Numbered from the stretch's first letter, positions 46,974-57,386 are shown. The stretch is DNA of 64,000 nucleotides from Patescibacteria group bacterium (GCA_040386275.1 JAZKFU010000009.1:22367-86366); one strand, 5' to 3'. Program-made: numbers and translations. The notes: generated from the letters alone by a model not told the origin.

Positions 46974-49196
46974 TTACATCCGATTCGTCGTATCAATGTC
47001 ATCTTCCGTATCGTCACTACCACCACCATCACTGCCGAGAATTTCCCGTGGTTTTGAACCGTCAGCCGCACCAATGACGCCGCGATCTTCAAGTAAATCA
47101 ATTAATCGAGCCGCACGCGAGTAGCCGACACGCAACTTTCGTTGAATGTATGAGGTAGAGGCCTTACCCGCTTCAATGACGGCCTGTTTAGCGTCTTCAT
47201 AGAGCTCGTCATCGTCATCACTATCGTCATCGTTAATCATGCCAATAAAGCTGTCTCCCGAACCGCCTGATTTTTCATCAAGGTTAATTGAATCAAGAGA
47301 GTGGGCACTATCTTGCATCTTGAGGTACGACACCACGTTCTTAATTTCATCTTCAGAAATAAAGGCCGCTTGCAACCGCACTGGCTTGGGGGAATCACTC
47401 GAGAGATACAACATGTCACCCTTACCAAGCAATTTTTCTGCTCCCACACCATCTAAAATGGTCCGCGAGTCAATCTGAGAGGCAACATTTAAGGCGATAC
47501 GAGTCGGGATGTTGGCTTTAATGGTACCGGTAATAACGTTTACCGATGGGCGTTGGGTCGCAAGGATAAGGTGAATACCCACCGCGCGGGACATTTGAGC
47601 CAAACGCACGATAGCCGCTTCTAGTTCCCGAGGGTAGGCATGCATAAGGTCCGCCAGCTCGTCCATCAAAATCACAATGTACGGAAGGGGTTCAGGAAGA
47701 TTAACTAATTCTTCTTCGGGTGAACCTTTAGCTTCCCACGCTTTTTTCGCTGGTTTGTATACGTTGGCGTGGTACGAGTCGAGATTCTGGATTTTTTCGG
47801 TCTGGAGAATGTCGTACCGGCGTTCCATTTCCTTGATAGCCCACTTAAGCATCATCAAGGCTTTTTTAGCTTCTACAATTACGGGCGCAAGCAAGTGTGG
47901 GATACCCTCATATAATGTAAGTTCTACGCGCTTTGGGTCCACCATAAAAAATCGCAGCTGGTCCGGTGAATTGCGGAACAAAAGAGAAATCACCAAGTTG
48001 TGCATGGTAATAGATTTTCCAGACCCAGTGGTACCGGCAACCAAGGCATGGGGCATCCGGGCAATGTTCGCAAAGTGCGCATTGCCCGTTACATCTTTCC
48101 CTAACGCTACATACAGTGGATGTGGGGAATCGGTGTATTCCGGTGTCTTAAGTAGTGACGCAAGACCAATCGTAGAACGGGTGAGGTTTGGAATTTCGAT
48201 ACCCACCAGTGACTTCCCAGGAATCGGTGCTTCGATACGTAATGTACCTGATGAGAGGTTCAACTGGAGTTCTTGTTGCAACCCGACGATACGCGCAATC
48301 TTTACCCCTTGAGCGGGCTTCAATGCATAGCGACTGATAGTCGGTCCAATCTCCACCGCATCCATTTCTACGTGAATGCCAAATTCCTTGAGGGTTCGTT
48401 TAATAATATTAGCGTTAGCTTTTACGTCACCGGTTTGTGGTTTCCCCTGATCCTTCTTTAAGAGTGAAAGTGACGGGGGAGCGTACGTTCCTGAAAACGT
48501 CGACACCACAAAATCTGCCCTCGGTGCATTCCCGAGACCGAGCTTATCGGATACTTTTTGCATGGTTGGTCGTTTTGCCACCGCTGTGGCATCGGGAGCA
48601 TTTTCCTCTTCGAGCAACTCGTCAAAATCTTCTTCAGACTCCGGACCAGTTTGCAGGACCAAGTTCTCGATATCTGATTCGTCGTCGAGAGTCTGTTCGC
48701 GTCCCATCTGTGGAAGTCGTAACCCAGTATTAAAAATGAGGAACCCAGAAATTAATATTAACCCTCCCAAAATCACTCCCGCTACCGACGCCCCAAATAA
48801 ATACGATAGGGGAGCCAAGAGCACCCACCCGACCATCCCACCCCACTCGGTTACCGAGATTTCCAAAATCCCCAAGAGTGAAATAAACAATAATCCAATA
48901 CCAGTGATCTTCGACATACTCACCTCCTCGTTATCTTTAGGATTTAACAACGCGTACACGTAAAAGGCACAGACCATGGGAGCAAGATAAGCTCCGGTTC
49001 CAAATAGCCAGTAGAGGGAAATCTGAGTCCATGACCCCACCACCCCGCCATACTCAAACAGGGCAGCTGCAAAGAAAATACCGACGGTCGTAAGTAACAC
49101 CGCCCCGATCGCTTGCCGAGCTTGGGGACTGAGGTCCTCAAAAAACGGCTTCGATTCTTTTACCTTCTCAACTTTTTTCGGTCCTCGTTTGCCCAT
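46974..49196 (-). CDS. ftsK: DNA translocase FtsK/SpoIIIE
   Basis: 4 TMs, AGTTGSGKS, DELADLM, ATQRPS, gamma domain GYSRAARL. Confidence 0.96.
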   Translation of the reverse strand: MGKRGPKKVEKVKESKPFFEDLSPQARQAIGAVLLTTVGIFFAAALFEYGGVVGSWTQISLYWLFGTGAYLAPMVCAFYVYALLNPKDNEEVSMSKITGIGLLFISLLGILEISVTEWGGMVGWVLLAPLSYLFGASVAGVILGGLILISGFLIFNTGLRLPQMGREQTLDDESDIENLVLQTGPESEEDFDELLEEENAPDATAVAKRPTMQKVSDKLGLGNAPRADFVVSTFSGTYAPPSLSLLKKDQGKPQTGDVKANANIIKRTLKEFGIHVEMDAVEIGPTISRYALKPAQGVKIARIVGLQQELQLNLSSGTLRIEAPIPGKSLVGIEIPNLTRSTIGLASLLKTPEYTDSPHPLYVALGKDVTGNAHFANIARMPHALVAGTTGSGKSITMHNLVISLLFRNSPDQLRFFMVDPKRVELTLYEGIPHLLAPVIVEAKKALMMLKWAIKEMERRYDILQTEKIQNLDSYHANVYKPAKKAWEAKGSPEEELVNLPEPLPYIVILMDELADLMHAYPRELEAAIVRLAQMSRAVGIHLILATQRPSVNVITGTIKANIPTRIALNVASQIDSRTILDGVGAEKLLGKGDMLYLSSDSPKPVRLQAAFISEDEIKNVVSYLKMQDSAHSLDSINLDEKSGGSGDSFIGMINDDDSDDDDELYEDAKQAVIEAGKASTSYIQRKLRVGYSRAARLIDLLEDRGVIGAADGSKPREILGSDGGGSDDTEDDIDTTNRM

Positions 49197-49210
49197 GTAG
49201 TGAAATGAAG

Positions 49211-49307
49211 AAATGAGCGCCAGCGATTATTCTGAATTTCGTTCCGAGTTTGCCCCTTTCCCTAGGGCAAACTCCTTGAACTTGTAATCGTTGCTAGCGA
49301 CTCATTT
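49211..49307. repeat. palindromic element family A, copy 3 (ftsK 5' leader)
   Basis: Compensatory variant agtttgccc/gggcaaact. Confidence 0.78.
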
Positions 49308-49545
49308 TGTACTAATGCTAATAAATTTTCTGCCTAATATATGCGCGCATTATATCACTAAATATGACTATTATCTGTGTATATAATGAGGCGCGTAAGC
49401 ACTCAAAGACACTTGTCATCTTCACTATTCCATATCCAATTTTCTAACTCCCACCCGTGTCCTTTTCTTGCTTTTTGTCTAAAATGTCCTTATAATACAA
49501 GTGTCTTTAATCTATTAGACAGAGCAAAATCTTATAAGACATATC

Positions 49546-50268
49546 ATGACTATGAATACGTATAACCCAAACGACAGTCTCATATCACTCAAACGTTTGT
49601 CTGCAAATGATGACTATTATAATATCGTTTTCAAAAAGACAGAGCGTGTCGCATCTGCAGTCTTTTATATTTTGGCTCATGTTGATTTAAATGATCGGAC
49701 CAAAGTCCATTACTCAAATCTAAGCGACAAAGCGATGGCCCTTCACGAAGCAGTAATTGCTTCCCTCAACTTATATGAGTACGAAGCCAGGGACAAAATC
49801 TACACCGTCCAACAAGCTCTCGTTGTACTCCAAAGTGCTCTCCATCTTGCAGCGGCTTCTCAACTCATTACTCCTGATATGGAAGGAGTCGTCGCCGAGG
49901 AAACAGACGTCGTGTTACGGTATATCCGCAACCACTACATTAACCCCGCTGCCAGTCCGGTCTCGATTGCTCCACAAGCACCCAAACCTAAAGCGACACC
50001 TAAAGCTTCTCGTCGCGCTCGACCCAATATCCCATCCAATGACTTTAGTTCAGATGCTGTCCTTGTCTACAGTGATTTGTCCGATAGAACATCTCGTATC
50101 AAAACTGTCCTTGATGCCAAACCAGAAGCTACTATCAAAGACCTATCTGAAATTATCACCGACGTGAGTACAAAGACAATTCAAAGAGACTTAAACAGTC
50201 TCATAGAAAGTGGAGAAGTAATAAGGCAAGGTGAACGACGTTGGTCGAAGTACTCAATCAATAAATAA
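49546..50268 (+). CDS. helical-bundle protein with C-terminal DeoR-like winged HTH
   Basis: IKDL....VSTKTIQRDL..L...G...GERRWSKY; TTGCTT-N17-TATAAT promoter at 49468-49496. Confidence 0.8.
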   Translation: MTMNTYNPNDSLISLKRLSANDDYYNIVFKKTERVASAVFYILAHVDLNDRTKVHYSNLSDKAMALHEAVIASLNLYEYEARDKIYTVQQALVVLQSALHLAAASQLITPDMEGVVAEETDVVLRYIRNHYINPAASPVSIAPQAPKPKATPKASRRARPNIPSNDFSSDAVLVYSDLSDRTSRIKTVLDAKPEATIKDLSEIITDVSTKTIQRDLNSLIESGEVIRQGERRWSKYSINK

Positions 50269-50679
50269 AAGACAAAGTCGTGACTGCGCTAACAGTCACG
50301 TCTTTGTTTGTCTTTAATCTTCATATGATGCAATTGTGGCTACTAGTAGTGAGAGTAGGGTCGTCTCATAGAAGTGCCCTTTGCTTTCTCCGTACGTTTT
50401 CATTATGTGAATGTGACAGATATATGTATACGCACTCTCAACTGTGTATAGAGAAATAGTCAGTAGTACTTGGTAAGACTACTCATCTTCACTCGTCATA
50501 GATACCAGAGCAAGAATTTTGTATGGCCAATTGAGCGTTAGAAGTAACGCTTTCCCCAGACTAAAAACTCGCTATTTTCCAATTAGTTGCTATACTATTT
50601 GGTATGCGCTTAGGCGCTTTTTTCCTAGCCTGACTAAGCGTCACCGTTAGAGAATAAAGCACCAACCAAGGCGTTCTAT

Positions 50680-50693
50680 GATCTTTGACAACT
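50680..50693 (+). promoter_or_regulatory. boxA-like antitermination motif in a long leader
   Basis: GATCTTTGACAACT downstream of extended -10 TGCTATACT (50589). Confidence 0.45.
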
Positions 50694-50977
50694 AGAGAGT
50701 TCGAATGCCCTCTACACATATCAAATACAAAATCCAACCTAGTGTTGGTAATTTCCGCATTACCTTATCCCGCCCTGTCTGCCTATCTGCCGCACCCTTT
50801 CATTACAGCTAACCTCTCAGTATGGGCGTAATACACCTATATATGAGAGTTAGTGATATTACATAACGAGGTGACTCGTTATGAATATGAATTAATTCAT
50901 ATTATCAGTATTAGCCGGTCCCGCTAATGGGACATAACCGCGTTGTTAACAAACGCACAAAACAAAAAATTATAATT

Positions 50978-52936
50978 ATGACGAATACAAAAACTGTAGC
51001 ATCAAAGGCTTTCGTAGCCATTGTTGCTGCTGCTATGGTGTTCTCTCTGATTGCTCCAGCTGCTAAGGCTGCAACAGCAGAAGAACTACAAGCACAAATC
51101 GCTGCTTTGATGGCACAGATTGCTGCGCTACAAGGTGGAACAACTACAACAACTACTACTACAACTAGTACTTGCGTAGCTATTCCTGCACCACTTACAA
51201 TGAACGCTTCAGGCGCTAGTGTAACTGCGTTGCAAAACTTTCTTATCGGCGCTGGACAATCAATTCCAGCAGGAGCTACCGGATACTTCGGAGCACAAAC
51301 TCGTTCAGCTCTTGCCGCTTGGCAATCAGCTAACGGGGTTATGCCAGCTGTAGGGTACTATGGTCCAATCACAGCTGCAGCAGTTGCTGCTAAGTGTGTA
51401 CCAACAACACCTACAACTCCAACAACACCTACAACTCCAACAACACCAGGTGGATCAACTGATCTACAAGGTGAAGCTTCACTTGATAACTTCGAACTCG
51501 AAGATGGTGAATCTACAATTGAAGAAGGTGATGAAGAACAAGTAGTTGGTGAACTCACAGTTGAGTTTGCTGATGGAGACGCTGAAATTTCACGTCTTGA
51601 CTTCACTATTGAGTCAGATGATGCAGGCGCAAGTCCATGGGATGCCTTTGAAACTCTATCACTTTGGGTAGATGGTGACATGGTAGCCGAATTTGACGCT
51701 GCTGATGAAGACAATTACCTAGATGAAGATACAGGCGAATTCCGATTCTCAGATCTTGATATCGTAGCTATGGAAGACGAAGAAATGGAAATTTCTATCG
51801 GCGCTACAGTTATGAACAATCTTGACGCTGAAGAACTTAGTGAATGGACAATTACCCCAACAGCAATGCGATTCTTCGACGCTGATGGTGTAGCTTCTAC
51901 AGAAACTTCAGGTCTTGACGGAACAGCAGTATTCGATGTTGAAGTAGCTGGAGCTGACGAAGAAATCAAGGTATCTCTTGGTTCAGCAAACCCAGATGCA
52001 ACAGATATCGTTGTTGACACAGATTCAGACACAAGTGATGTAACAATCATGGTTGCTGATATCGAAGCTGAAGACAATGATATTGAACTCAGTAAGGTAG
52101 TAGTTCGAATCGACACTGGTTCAGCTTCTACATCTGATGTTATCGATGAAGTTCGAGCTATTATCGATGGTGAAGAATTCACAGCAGAAGCAGTAAACGG
52201 AACTGGAGCTCCAACAGGTTTGGACTCAAAGAACGTTACTTCAGCTGGAACTTCAACATGGTATGTGTTTGATATCGATGGTGACATCACTATTGATGCA
52301 GATTCAGAAGTTGAAATGGAAGTAGTTGTTGACTTTAACGACACAGATGACGGTGTTCGTTACGCTAACGGTACTACTATCAAAGCTTCTGTTACACAAA
52401 CAGAACGAGAACTTTGGGAAGGAGAAGGTGCTGATGATCTTGCAGCTGGTCAGTTCACTGGTTCAGCAGTAGGAGATGAACACACTCTAGTTGCCGAAGG
52501 TATTCTTGTACCAGTAGATGGTTTCACTTCAGAAACTGATACACAAGGACAAGATGATACAACAGGTGTATTTACACTTGAGTTCGAAGTAACAGCTGTT
52601 GAAGGTGATTTCTACATCACAGACAACGCTACTACTTCAACTGCCGTAACTAACGGAGTTGTATACTCAGTAACTGGTGGAACTGCTGCTACTTTGACAC
52701 AAAGTCTTACATCAACAGCTGATGAAGATTCAGTTGGAGTATTCACAGTACGTGAAGGAGAAACAGAAACATTCACTCTTGTAGTAAATGCAACTGTAGC
52801 TGCTTCAGCATCACTACGAGTACAGCTTGACGAAATCTGGTTCTCAGCTAACGCTGACGGTACAACTTCTAGCGAAGCATACTTGCCAACACCAGTTTCA
52901 GATTACCGATCTTCACCACAATCAATCAACAGTTAA
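50978..52936 (+). CDS. abundant acidic cell-surface (S-layer-like) protein with peptidoglycan-binding domain
   Basis: Signal peptide, ELQAQIAALMAQIAAL coil, V..LQ.FL...TGYFG..T..AL..WQ PG-binding motif, PTT linker, strongly biased codons. Confidence 0.8.
   Translation: MTNTKTVASKAFVAIVAAAMVFSLIAPAAKAATAEELQAQIAALMAQIAALQGGTTTTTTTTTSTCVAIPAPLTMNASGASVTALQNFLIGAGQSIPAGATGYFGAQTRSALAAWQSANGVMPAVGYYGPITAAAVAAKCVPTTPTTPTTPTTPTTPGGSTDLQGEASLDNFELEDGESTIEEGDEEQVVGELTVEFADGDAEISRLDFTIESDDAGASPWDAFETLSLWVDGDMVAEFDAADEDNYLDEDTGEFRFSDLDIVAMEDEEMEISIGATVMNNLDAEELSEWTITPTAMRFFDADGVASTETSGLDGTAVFDVEVAGADEEIKVSLGSANPDATDIVVDTDSDTSDVTIMVADIEAEDNDIELSKVVVRIDTGSASTSDVIDEVRAIIDGEEFTAEAVNGTGAPTGLDSKNVTSAGTSTWYVFDIDGDITIDADSEVEMEVVVDFNDTDDGVRYANGTTIKASVTQTERELWEGEGADDLAAGQFTGSAVGDEHTLVAEGILVPVDGFTSETDTQGQDDTTGVFTLEFEVTAVEGDFYITDNATTSTAVTNGVVYSVTGGTAATLTQSLTSTADEDSVGVFTVREGETETFTLVVNATVAASASLRVQLDEIWFSANADGTTSSEAYLPTPVSDYRSSPQSINS
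51401..51448 (+). repeat. 9/18-bp coding tandem repeat (PTT linker)
   Basis: ccaacaacacctacaact units. Confidence 0.8.
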
Positions 52937-52985
52937 TCTCTGATTAACTACTTGATTTGAATGTGAAAGTTCATAATCAAAGCTA

Positions 52986-53015
52986 AACAAAAGCCCCCGC
53001 AAGGGGGCTTTTGTT
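52986..53015 (+). terminator. intrinsic terminator
   Basis: aacaaaagccccc-gcaa-gggggcttttgtt. Confidence 0.8.
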
Positions 53016-53316
53016 GTGTCTGGAGAATTGAAGGAGGGAAGTAGGGTGCAATAATAAACTCAAAAACCAACCTACCAGGGTTGGTTTTTGTTATTTATAT
53101 ACAGTAATATCCAGTATTTATACAAAAGTTATGCACAATGTTATACACATAGTTATAAAATAGGCATATATTCTAACGTAAGCTAAGCCTCCCTTAGATG
53201 CTCATAAATCCCGGGTGATCCCCCGCTGTAATCTTTTAGGAGTCAAAATAAGTTATAGAGAACAACATCGACAATTACATAAAGCAGGAATATACTTTAA
53301 TCATCTTAAAGGCAGT

Positions 53317-55881
53317 ATGAAGAAATATCTCTTCACAACACGAGCCCTTCATATTTTCTCATATTTCTCCGTTCCTTTGTTTTTATTTGGACTCACATTC
53401 ATTGTGAGCTTTTTTATACCGTTTGAATCAGTGCAGGCAAAAGTTCTATTTGAACAAAGTAAAACGGGAACCGCGTATGATATTTTTAAAGCTGAAGGGC
53501 ATAATACTGCTTTAGCACAAAGGTTACCTCAATACAGTGGCACACCGCCGGTATTGAATTCAAGCGGAACAATATCATATCGAGGTACTGCAGAGTGGGT
53601 GAGATTAAAAAGAATTTCTGGCGTAGAGTGCGACACACGCGTCTGGCTCACTCTGAGTGAACCCGATGGTGTAACTCGTATTGGCGATGATGTTTTATAC
53701 GGCAGACAAAATGGTGAATTCTGTGATTTTAAAATCACTGGTCCAAATCGAACAGATGGGAAAGTTGGCATTATACACATTTGTTATAACGGTCAATGTA
53801 GTTTTTCTGACAATTTTATCTTGGATGGTTCAAGAGAGAATGAAGGGTATGTATCTGACGGTTATTACAACTCTCCTGAATCAGGAGGTTGGGCGTTTCA
53901 AATATGCGACATAGACGGCTGTGAAGGCGGGTTTGAACCCGTAGCGACTACCACAGCCACCAGCACCGGCGCCAGTAGCGTACTGTTCTTGCCAGGTATT
54001 CAAGCCAGCCGGTTGTATACGGATGGTGGTTCAGGTACTGAGGATCAAATATGGGTGCCAAATATTGATGCCGATGTTGAAAAGCTCAGGATGACATCAT
54101 CGGGGTTGAGTTTAAATGACATTTACACTAGAGATGTTTTAGACGAACTAGCGTTACCTTATGCGGGTATTAACGTATATAAGGGGTTCATGAGTCTTAT
54201 GGATGAATTAAAGGAGACAGAAGTAATAAAAGACTGGGAGCCTTTTGCGTATGATTGGCGATACGATGTAGAGGAAATAGCAAAAAATGGAACAAAATAT
54301 CAAAATGAAGTAAAAAGTCTCGTTGCAGAAGTGGAGCGACTCGCCTCAAGTTCTTATTCTGGTAAAGTAACTATCATAGGACATTCTAATGGGGGATTGG
54401 TAGGAAAGATGCTTATTTCAGAGTTAGAACGTCAAGGGCAGGAGGAATTAGTGGATAAGCTGGTTATGATTGGAACCCCGCAATTAGGCGCCCCTAAAGC
54501 AGCTTTGGTAATGCTCCATGGGTATGATCAAAAAGCAGTATTTGGATTAGTAGTAAATGATACTACTGCAAGAGATGTGATGAAAAATTTACCGGGCACT
54601 TATGGTTTATTGCCCTCAAATGAATATTTTATAAAAAGTGGTGACACTCTAATTTCTTCTGATAATTCAGTTACAACTGCAAGTATTGGAGCGTATGGAC
54701 CAATTAATTCATATACTTCGATGAACTACTTACTTACGGATTCATTAAATAACCGAAATGACGAGGTGCCAATTAATGAGCCTAGCACCTTAAATAATAA
54801 TCTTTTGCAATATTCTATTAGCTTAAAACAAAACCTCGATTCTTGGTTACCTCCAGATAATGTAGAAATATATGAAGTTGTAGGGACGGGCAATCCCACA
54901 ATTAGAGGTGTGCAATATCAAAGTTTCCCATGCAGGCTAGGTTTTCTTACCTGCGAGACAGGAAGTTATATGAAAGCCGTACCTATTTTTACAAGTAGTG
55001 GTGATGAGACTGTACCAATTGTTTCAGCATCGGGACAAGATGGAAATAAAGTGACAGGGATAATAGATTTAATTGCAGAAGCGCCAAACACCTTAATACG
55101 ACCCTATAAACATATGAATCTTACCGAAAGTCCAACCGTACAATCTTTTATTGAATCAATCGTTAAGTTTCCATATTTGAGTCAGACTTTAGAAATACCA
55201 GAATATGCAAATGTGGCACGCAATTTTAAAATCATTGGAGTACATTCGCCTGTCTCATTAGTGATTACAGATAGTTTGGGTGAAAAAGTCGGCAAAATTG
55301 GAAATGAAGTAAAAGAAGAAATTGTTGGTTCTCAATATCTTGATTTAGGGGATAGCTCCTATGTAATTATCCCAGACGATATTTTATTTGAAGCAGAGAT
55401 TAAGGGACAAGCAACAGGTACATATTCAATTACAGTTGATACTTTAAAAAATCATAATCAAACACAAACATTCCGATATATTGGCGCTAGTTCTACTCCA
55501 GAAATGAAGGCTGCTTTTAGCTTTGCCACTTCAGGATACACAAACATTAAGACAGATATTAATAATGATGGTCTAACAGATTTAGAGCAGACTTTAAACG
55601 GACAAGTTATTTTACCTCCAGCTTTATACTCTTATCCGCTTTTGAAAACTAACATAAAAGCTTTAAAGTTATCAAAAGTATTAGAAACCGTACTTTTAGT
55701 ACAAGTTGATGCGGCTTTGTATTGGGATACGCTCACTCCTGCAAAACCAGCTTATCAGAAACCAGAATTTGCAGCACTAGATACACTTAAGGCTACGTTG
55801 TTAGTTTATAAACAGAAAAAATATATTACACCAATGCAGTACAGTGCTTTAGAAATAATAGTTTATAATTTAAGAAAATAA
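53317..55881 (+). CDS. secreted LCAT/PGAP1-like alpha/beta-hydrolase (lipase/acyltransferase)
   Basis: LFLPGIQASRL, YDWR, GHSNGG, GTPQLGAP, GDETVP. Confidence 0.85.
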   Translation: MKKYLFTTRALHIFSYFSVPLFLFGLTFIVSFFIPFESVQAKVLFEQSKTGTAYDIFKAEGHNTALAQRLPQYSGTPPVLNSSGTISYRGTAEWVRLKRISGVECDTRVWLTLSEPDGVTRIGDDVLYGRQNGEFCDFKITGPNRTDGKVGIIHICYNGQCSFSDNFILDGSRENEGYVSDGYYNSPESGGWAFQICDIDGCEGGFEPVATTTATSTGASSVLFLPGIQASRLYTDGGSGTEDQIWVPNIDADVEKLRMTSSGLSLNDIYTRDVLDELALPYAGINVYKGFMSLMDELKETEVIKDWEPFAYDWRYDVEEIAKNGTKYQNEVKSLVAEVERLASSSYSGKVTIIGHSNGGLVGKMLISELERQGQEELVDKLVMIGTPQLGAPKAALVMLHGYDQKAVFGLVVNDTTARDVMKNLPGTYGLLPSNEYFIKSGDTLISSDNSVTTASIGAYGPINSYTSMNYLLTDSLNNRNDEVPINEPSTLNNNLLQYSISLKQNLDSWLPPDNVEIYEVVGTGNPTIRGVQYQSFPCRLGFLTCETGSYMKAVPIFTSSGDETVPIVSASGQDGNKVTGIIDLIAEAPNTLIRPYKHMNLTESPTVQSFIESIVKFPYLSQTLEIPEYANVARNFKIIGVHSPVSLVITDSLGEKVGKIGNEVKEEIVGSQYLDLGDSSYVIIPDDILFEAEIKGQATGTYSITVDTLKNHNQTQTFRYIGASSTPEMKAAFSFATSGYTNIKTDINNDGLTDLEQTLNGQVILPPALYSYPLLKTNIKALKLSKVLETVLLVQVDAALYWDTLTPAKPAYQKPEFAALDTLKATLLVYKQKKYITPMQYSALEIIVYNLRK

Positions 55882-55883
55882 AT

Positions 55884-56276
55884 ATGCGCTTAATAACAAA
55901 TAAAAAATTCTTTTTAAGTTCAGTATTACTCGTTCTGTGTCTTTTTGTATACGATTATTTAGTTATAGAATCTATATCAGATAGTATAAAAAAATATTAT
56001 TATGAAGAGTATTTACGAATATTATTATATTTTTCAATTTCGGTAGCCGTTTCTTCAGGAGTTTTAATTTTCTTCAATAACGTGATTTTTGAAAAATGGT
56101 TAAAAAAAATCATTAGTTGGTATTTGCCTTTTGCAGCTATAATAACTTCAACAGGTAGTGAAGGTTCGTTTATTAATCCAGGAAAAGACGATCTCGCATT
56201 GTTTTTTAGTTGGCTACTATTGGGAGTAACATTACTTTTTATTCTCGTTCAAAAGTTTTATTTTAAGGTTAAATAA
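55884..56276 (+). CDS. AT-rich 4-TM membrane protein
   Basis: Starts 2 nt after hydrolase stop. Confidence 0.7.
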   Translation: MRLITNKKFFLSSVLLVLCLFVYDYLVIESISDSIKKYYYEEYLRILLYFSISVAVSSGVLIFFNNVIFEKWLKKIISWYLPFAAIITSTGSEGSFINPGKDDLALFFSWLLLGVTLLFILVQKFYFKVK

Positions 56277-56314
56277 CTTTTAAAAAACACAATCCATACG
56301 TTATACTTATCCGA

Positions 56315-56419
56315 ATGTTTAACAAGTCGTTCTATCAATTCCTGTTTAGCTTTATTGCGGTGATTGCGGGTGTGTTATTATTTATATTAATTGTCGGCAT
56401 GGGGGCGACAGGTACTTAA
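56315..56419 (+). CDS. 34-aa single-TM peptide (below ORF-track cutoff)
   Basis: MFNKSFYQFLFSFIAVIAGVLLFILIVGMGATGT; TATACT upstream; stop 2 nt before the next ATG. Confidence 0.55.
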   Translation: MFNKSFYQFLFSFIAVIAGVLLFILIVGMGATGT

Positions 56420-56421
56420 TT

Positions 56422-56904
56422 ATGATTCGTATCACCGATCAATACTTTTGGAATTTTGTCTTTGGCTTATTCTTTTTACTCCTGGTTGTAATGGGGGCTA
56501 TCATTCTCGAAACCGAAACCCGTATTCCGTTTACTGACCTCACACTCGTGGACTACACCTTAATTACACTTGCTACCTGGCGGGTCATTCGTTTGTTTGT
56601 CTATGACGCTATTACCAAATTCATCCGTGAGCAATTTTATGATGTGCAGAAAGTAGGGAAGAGCTTTCGTTTGGTAAAGCCGGCAACGGGACCACGTCGT
56701 ACCGTAGCTGACTTATTATCGTGTGCCTGGTGTTTTGGTGTGTGGTCTGCTGCTTCCGTTACATTCTTTTACTTACTATTTCCCATCTTTCAGTACTTTG
56801 CTATTTTCCTCGCCATTTCTGCAGTTGCTACGTTCCTACAAATCCTCACAAACATGATTGGCTGGCAAGCTGAGAAGTTGAAAAATGAAGTTGAGGGGAG
56901 TTAA
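56422..56904 (+). CDS. DUF1360-like membrane protein
   Basis: LATWRV.RL..YD.IT..IR and LLSCAWC.GVW. Confidence 0.85.
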   Translation: MIRITDQYFWNFVFGLFFLLLVVMGAIILETETRIPFTDLTLVDYTLITLATWRVIRLFVYDAITKFIREQFYDVQKVGKSFRLVKPATGPRRTVADLLSCAWCFGVWSAASVTFFYLLFPIFQYFAIFLAISAVATFLQILTNMIGWQAEKLKNEVEGS

Positions 56905-56944
56905 AAAAGAAAAGCGAGCATGAAGCTCGCTTTTCTTTTTAATG

Positions 56945-57015
56945 TCGGGAAGCCGGGAATCGAACCCGGGCAGTACGCACCCCATGCGCACACACTACCA
57001 CTATGATACATCCCG
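56945..57015 (-). tRNA. tRNA-Pro (GGG), CCA not encoded
   Basis: C1-G72, A73, anticodon loop ATGGGGT, GGTTCGATTCC; T-T mismatches in acceptor and D stems. Confidence 0.9.
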
Positions 57016-57098
57016 AATCGCTACTAGTATACCGTATGCTATGATTTTTGGAATAGTGTGGTATAGTTCTGCGGGTTCAGATAGGAAAGGAAGACCTT

Positions 57099-57386
57099 GT
57101 GGATATCAGAGCGCACTTTGAGGCTATCTACGACAAGCAGGAATTCAATCCCGGCAATCTGCTTCAAAATGAAGTGGTGGTGCTGCGGAGCTGCCTGGTC
57201 CTGGATAGTCAGGACTCTTTGGGGGAAGTGATGCAGAAGGAGGCGAACAAGATCTTTGCTGCCGACCCCATGGCCAGTCGTGGCTATCGCCACCGGATCA
57301 GGATATTCGGTATGGAGCTTGACGGCGGCGGGTTCAGCGCGAATCAGAACATGAATATCGCGGTGAAGATGAACCAGACTGCGTAA
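57099..57386 (+). CDS. hypothetical protein
   Basis: AGGA SD, GTG start, hairpin after stop, higher GC. Confidence 0.55.
   Translation: MDIRAHFEAIYDKQEFNPGNLLQNEVVVLRSCLVLDSQDSLGEVMQKEANKIFAADPMASRGYRHRIRIFGMELDGGGFSANQNMNIAVKMNQTA

Noticed and set aside
51401-51448. Tandem repeat as a non-coding array
   Set aside because: In-frame Pro-Thr linker of the surface protein
51358-52344. Ser/Thr-rich minus-strand ORFs
   Set aside because: Shadows caused by biased codon use in the S-layer-like gene
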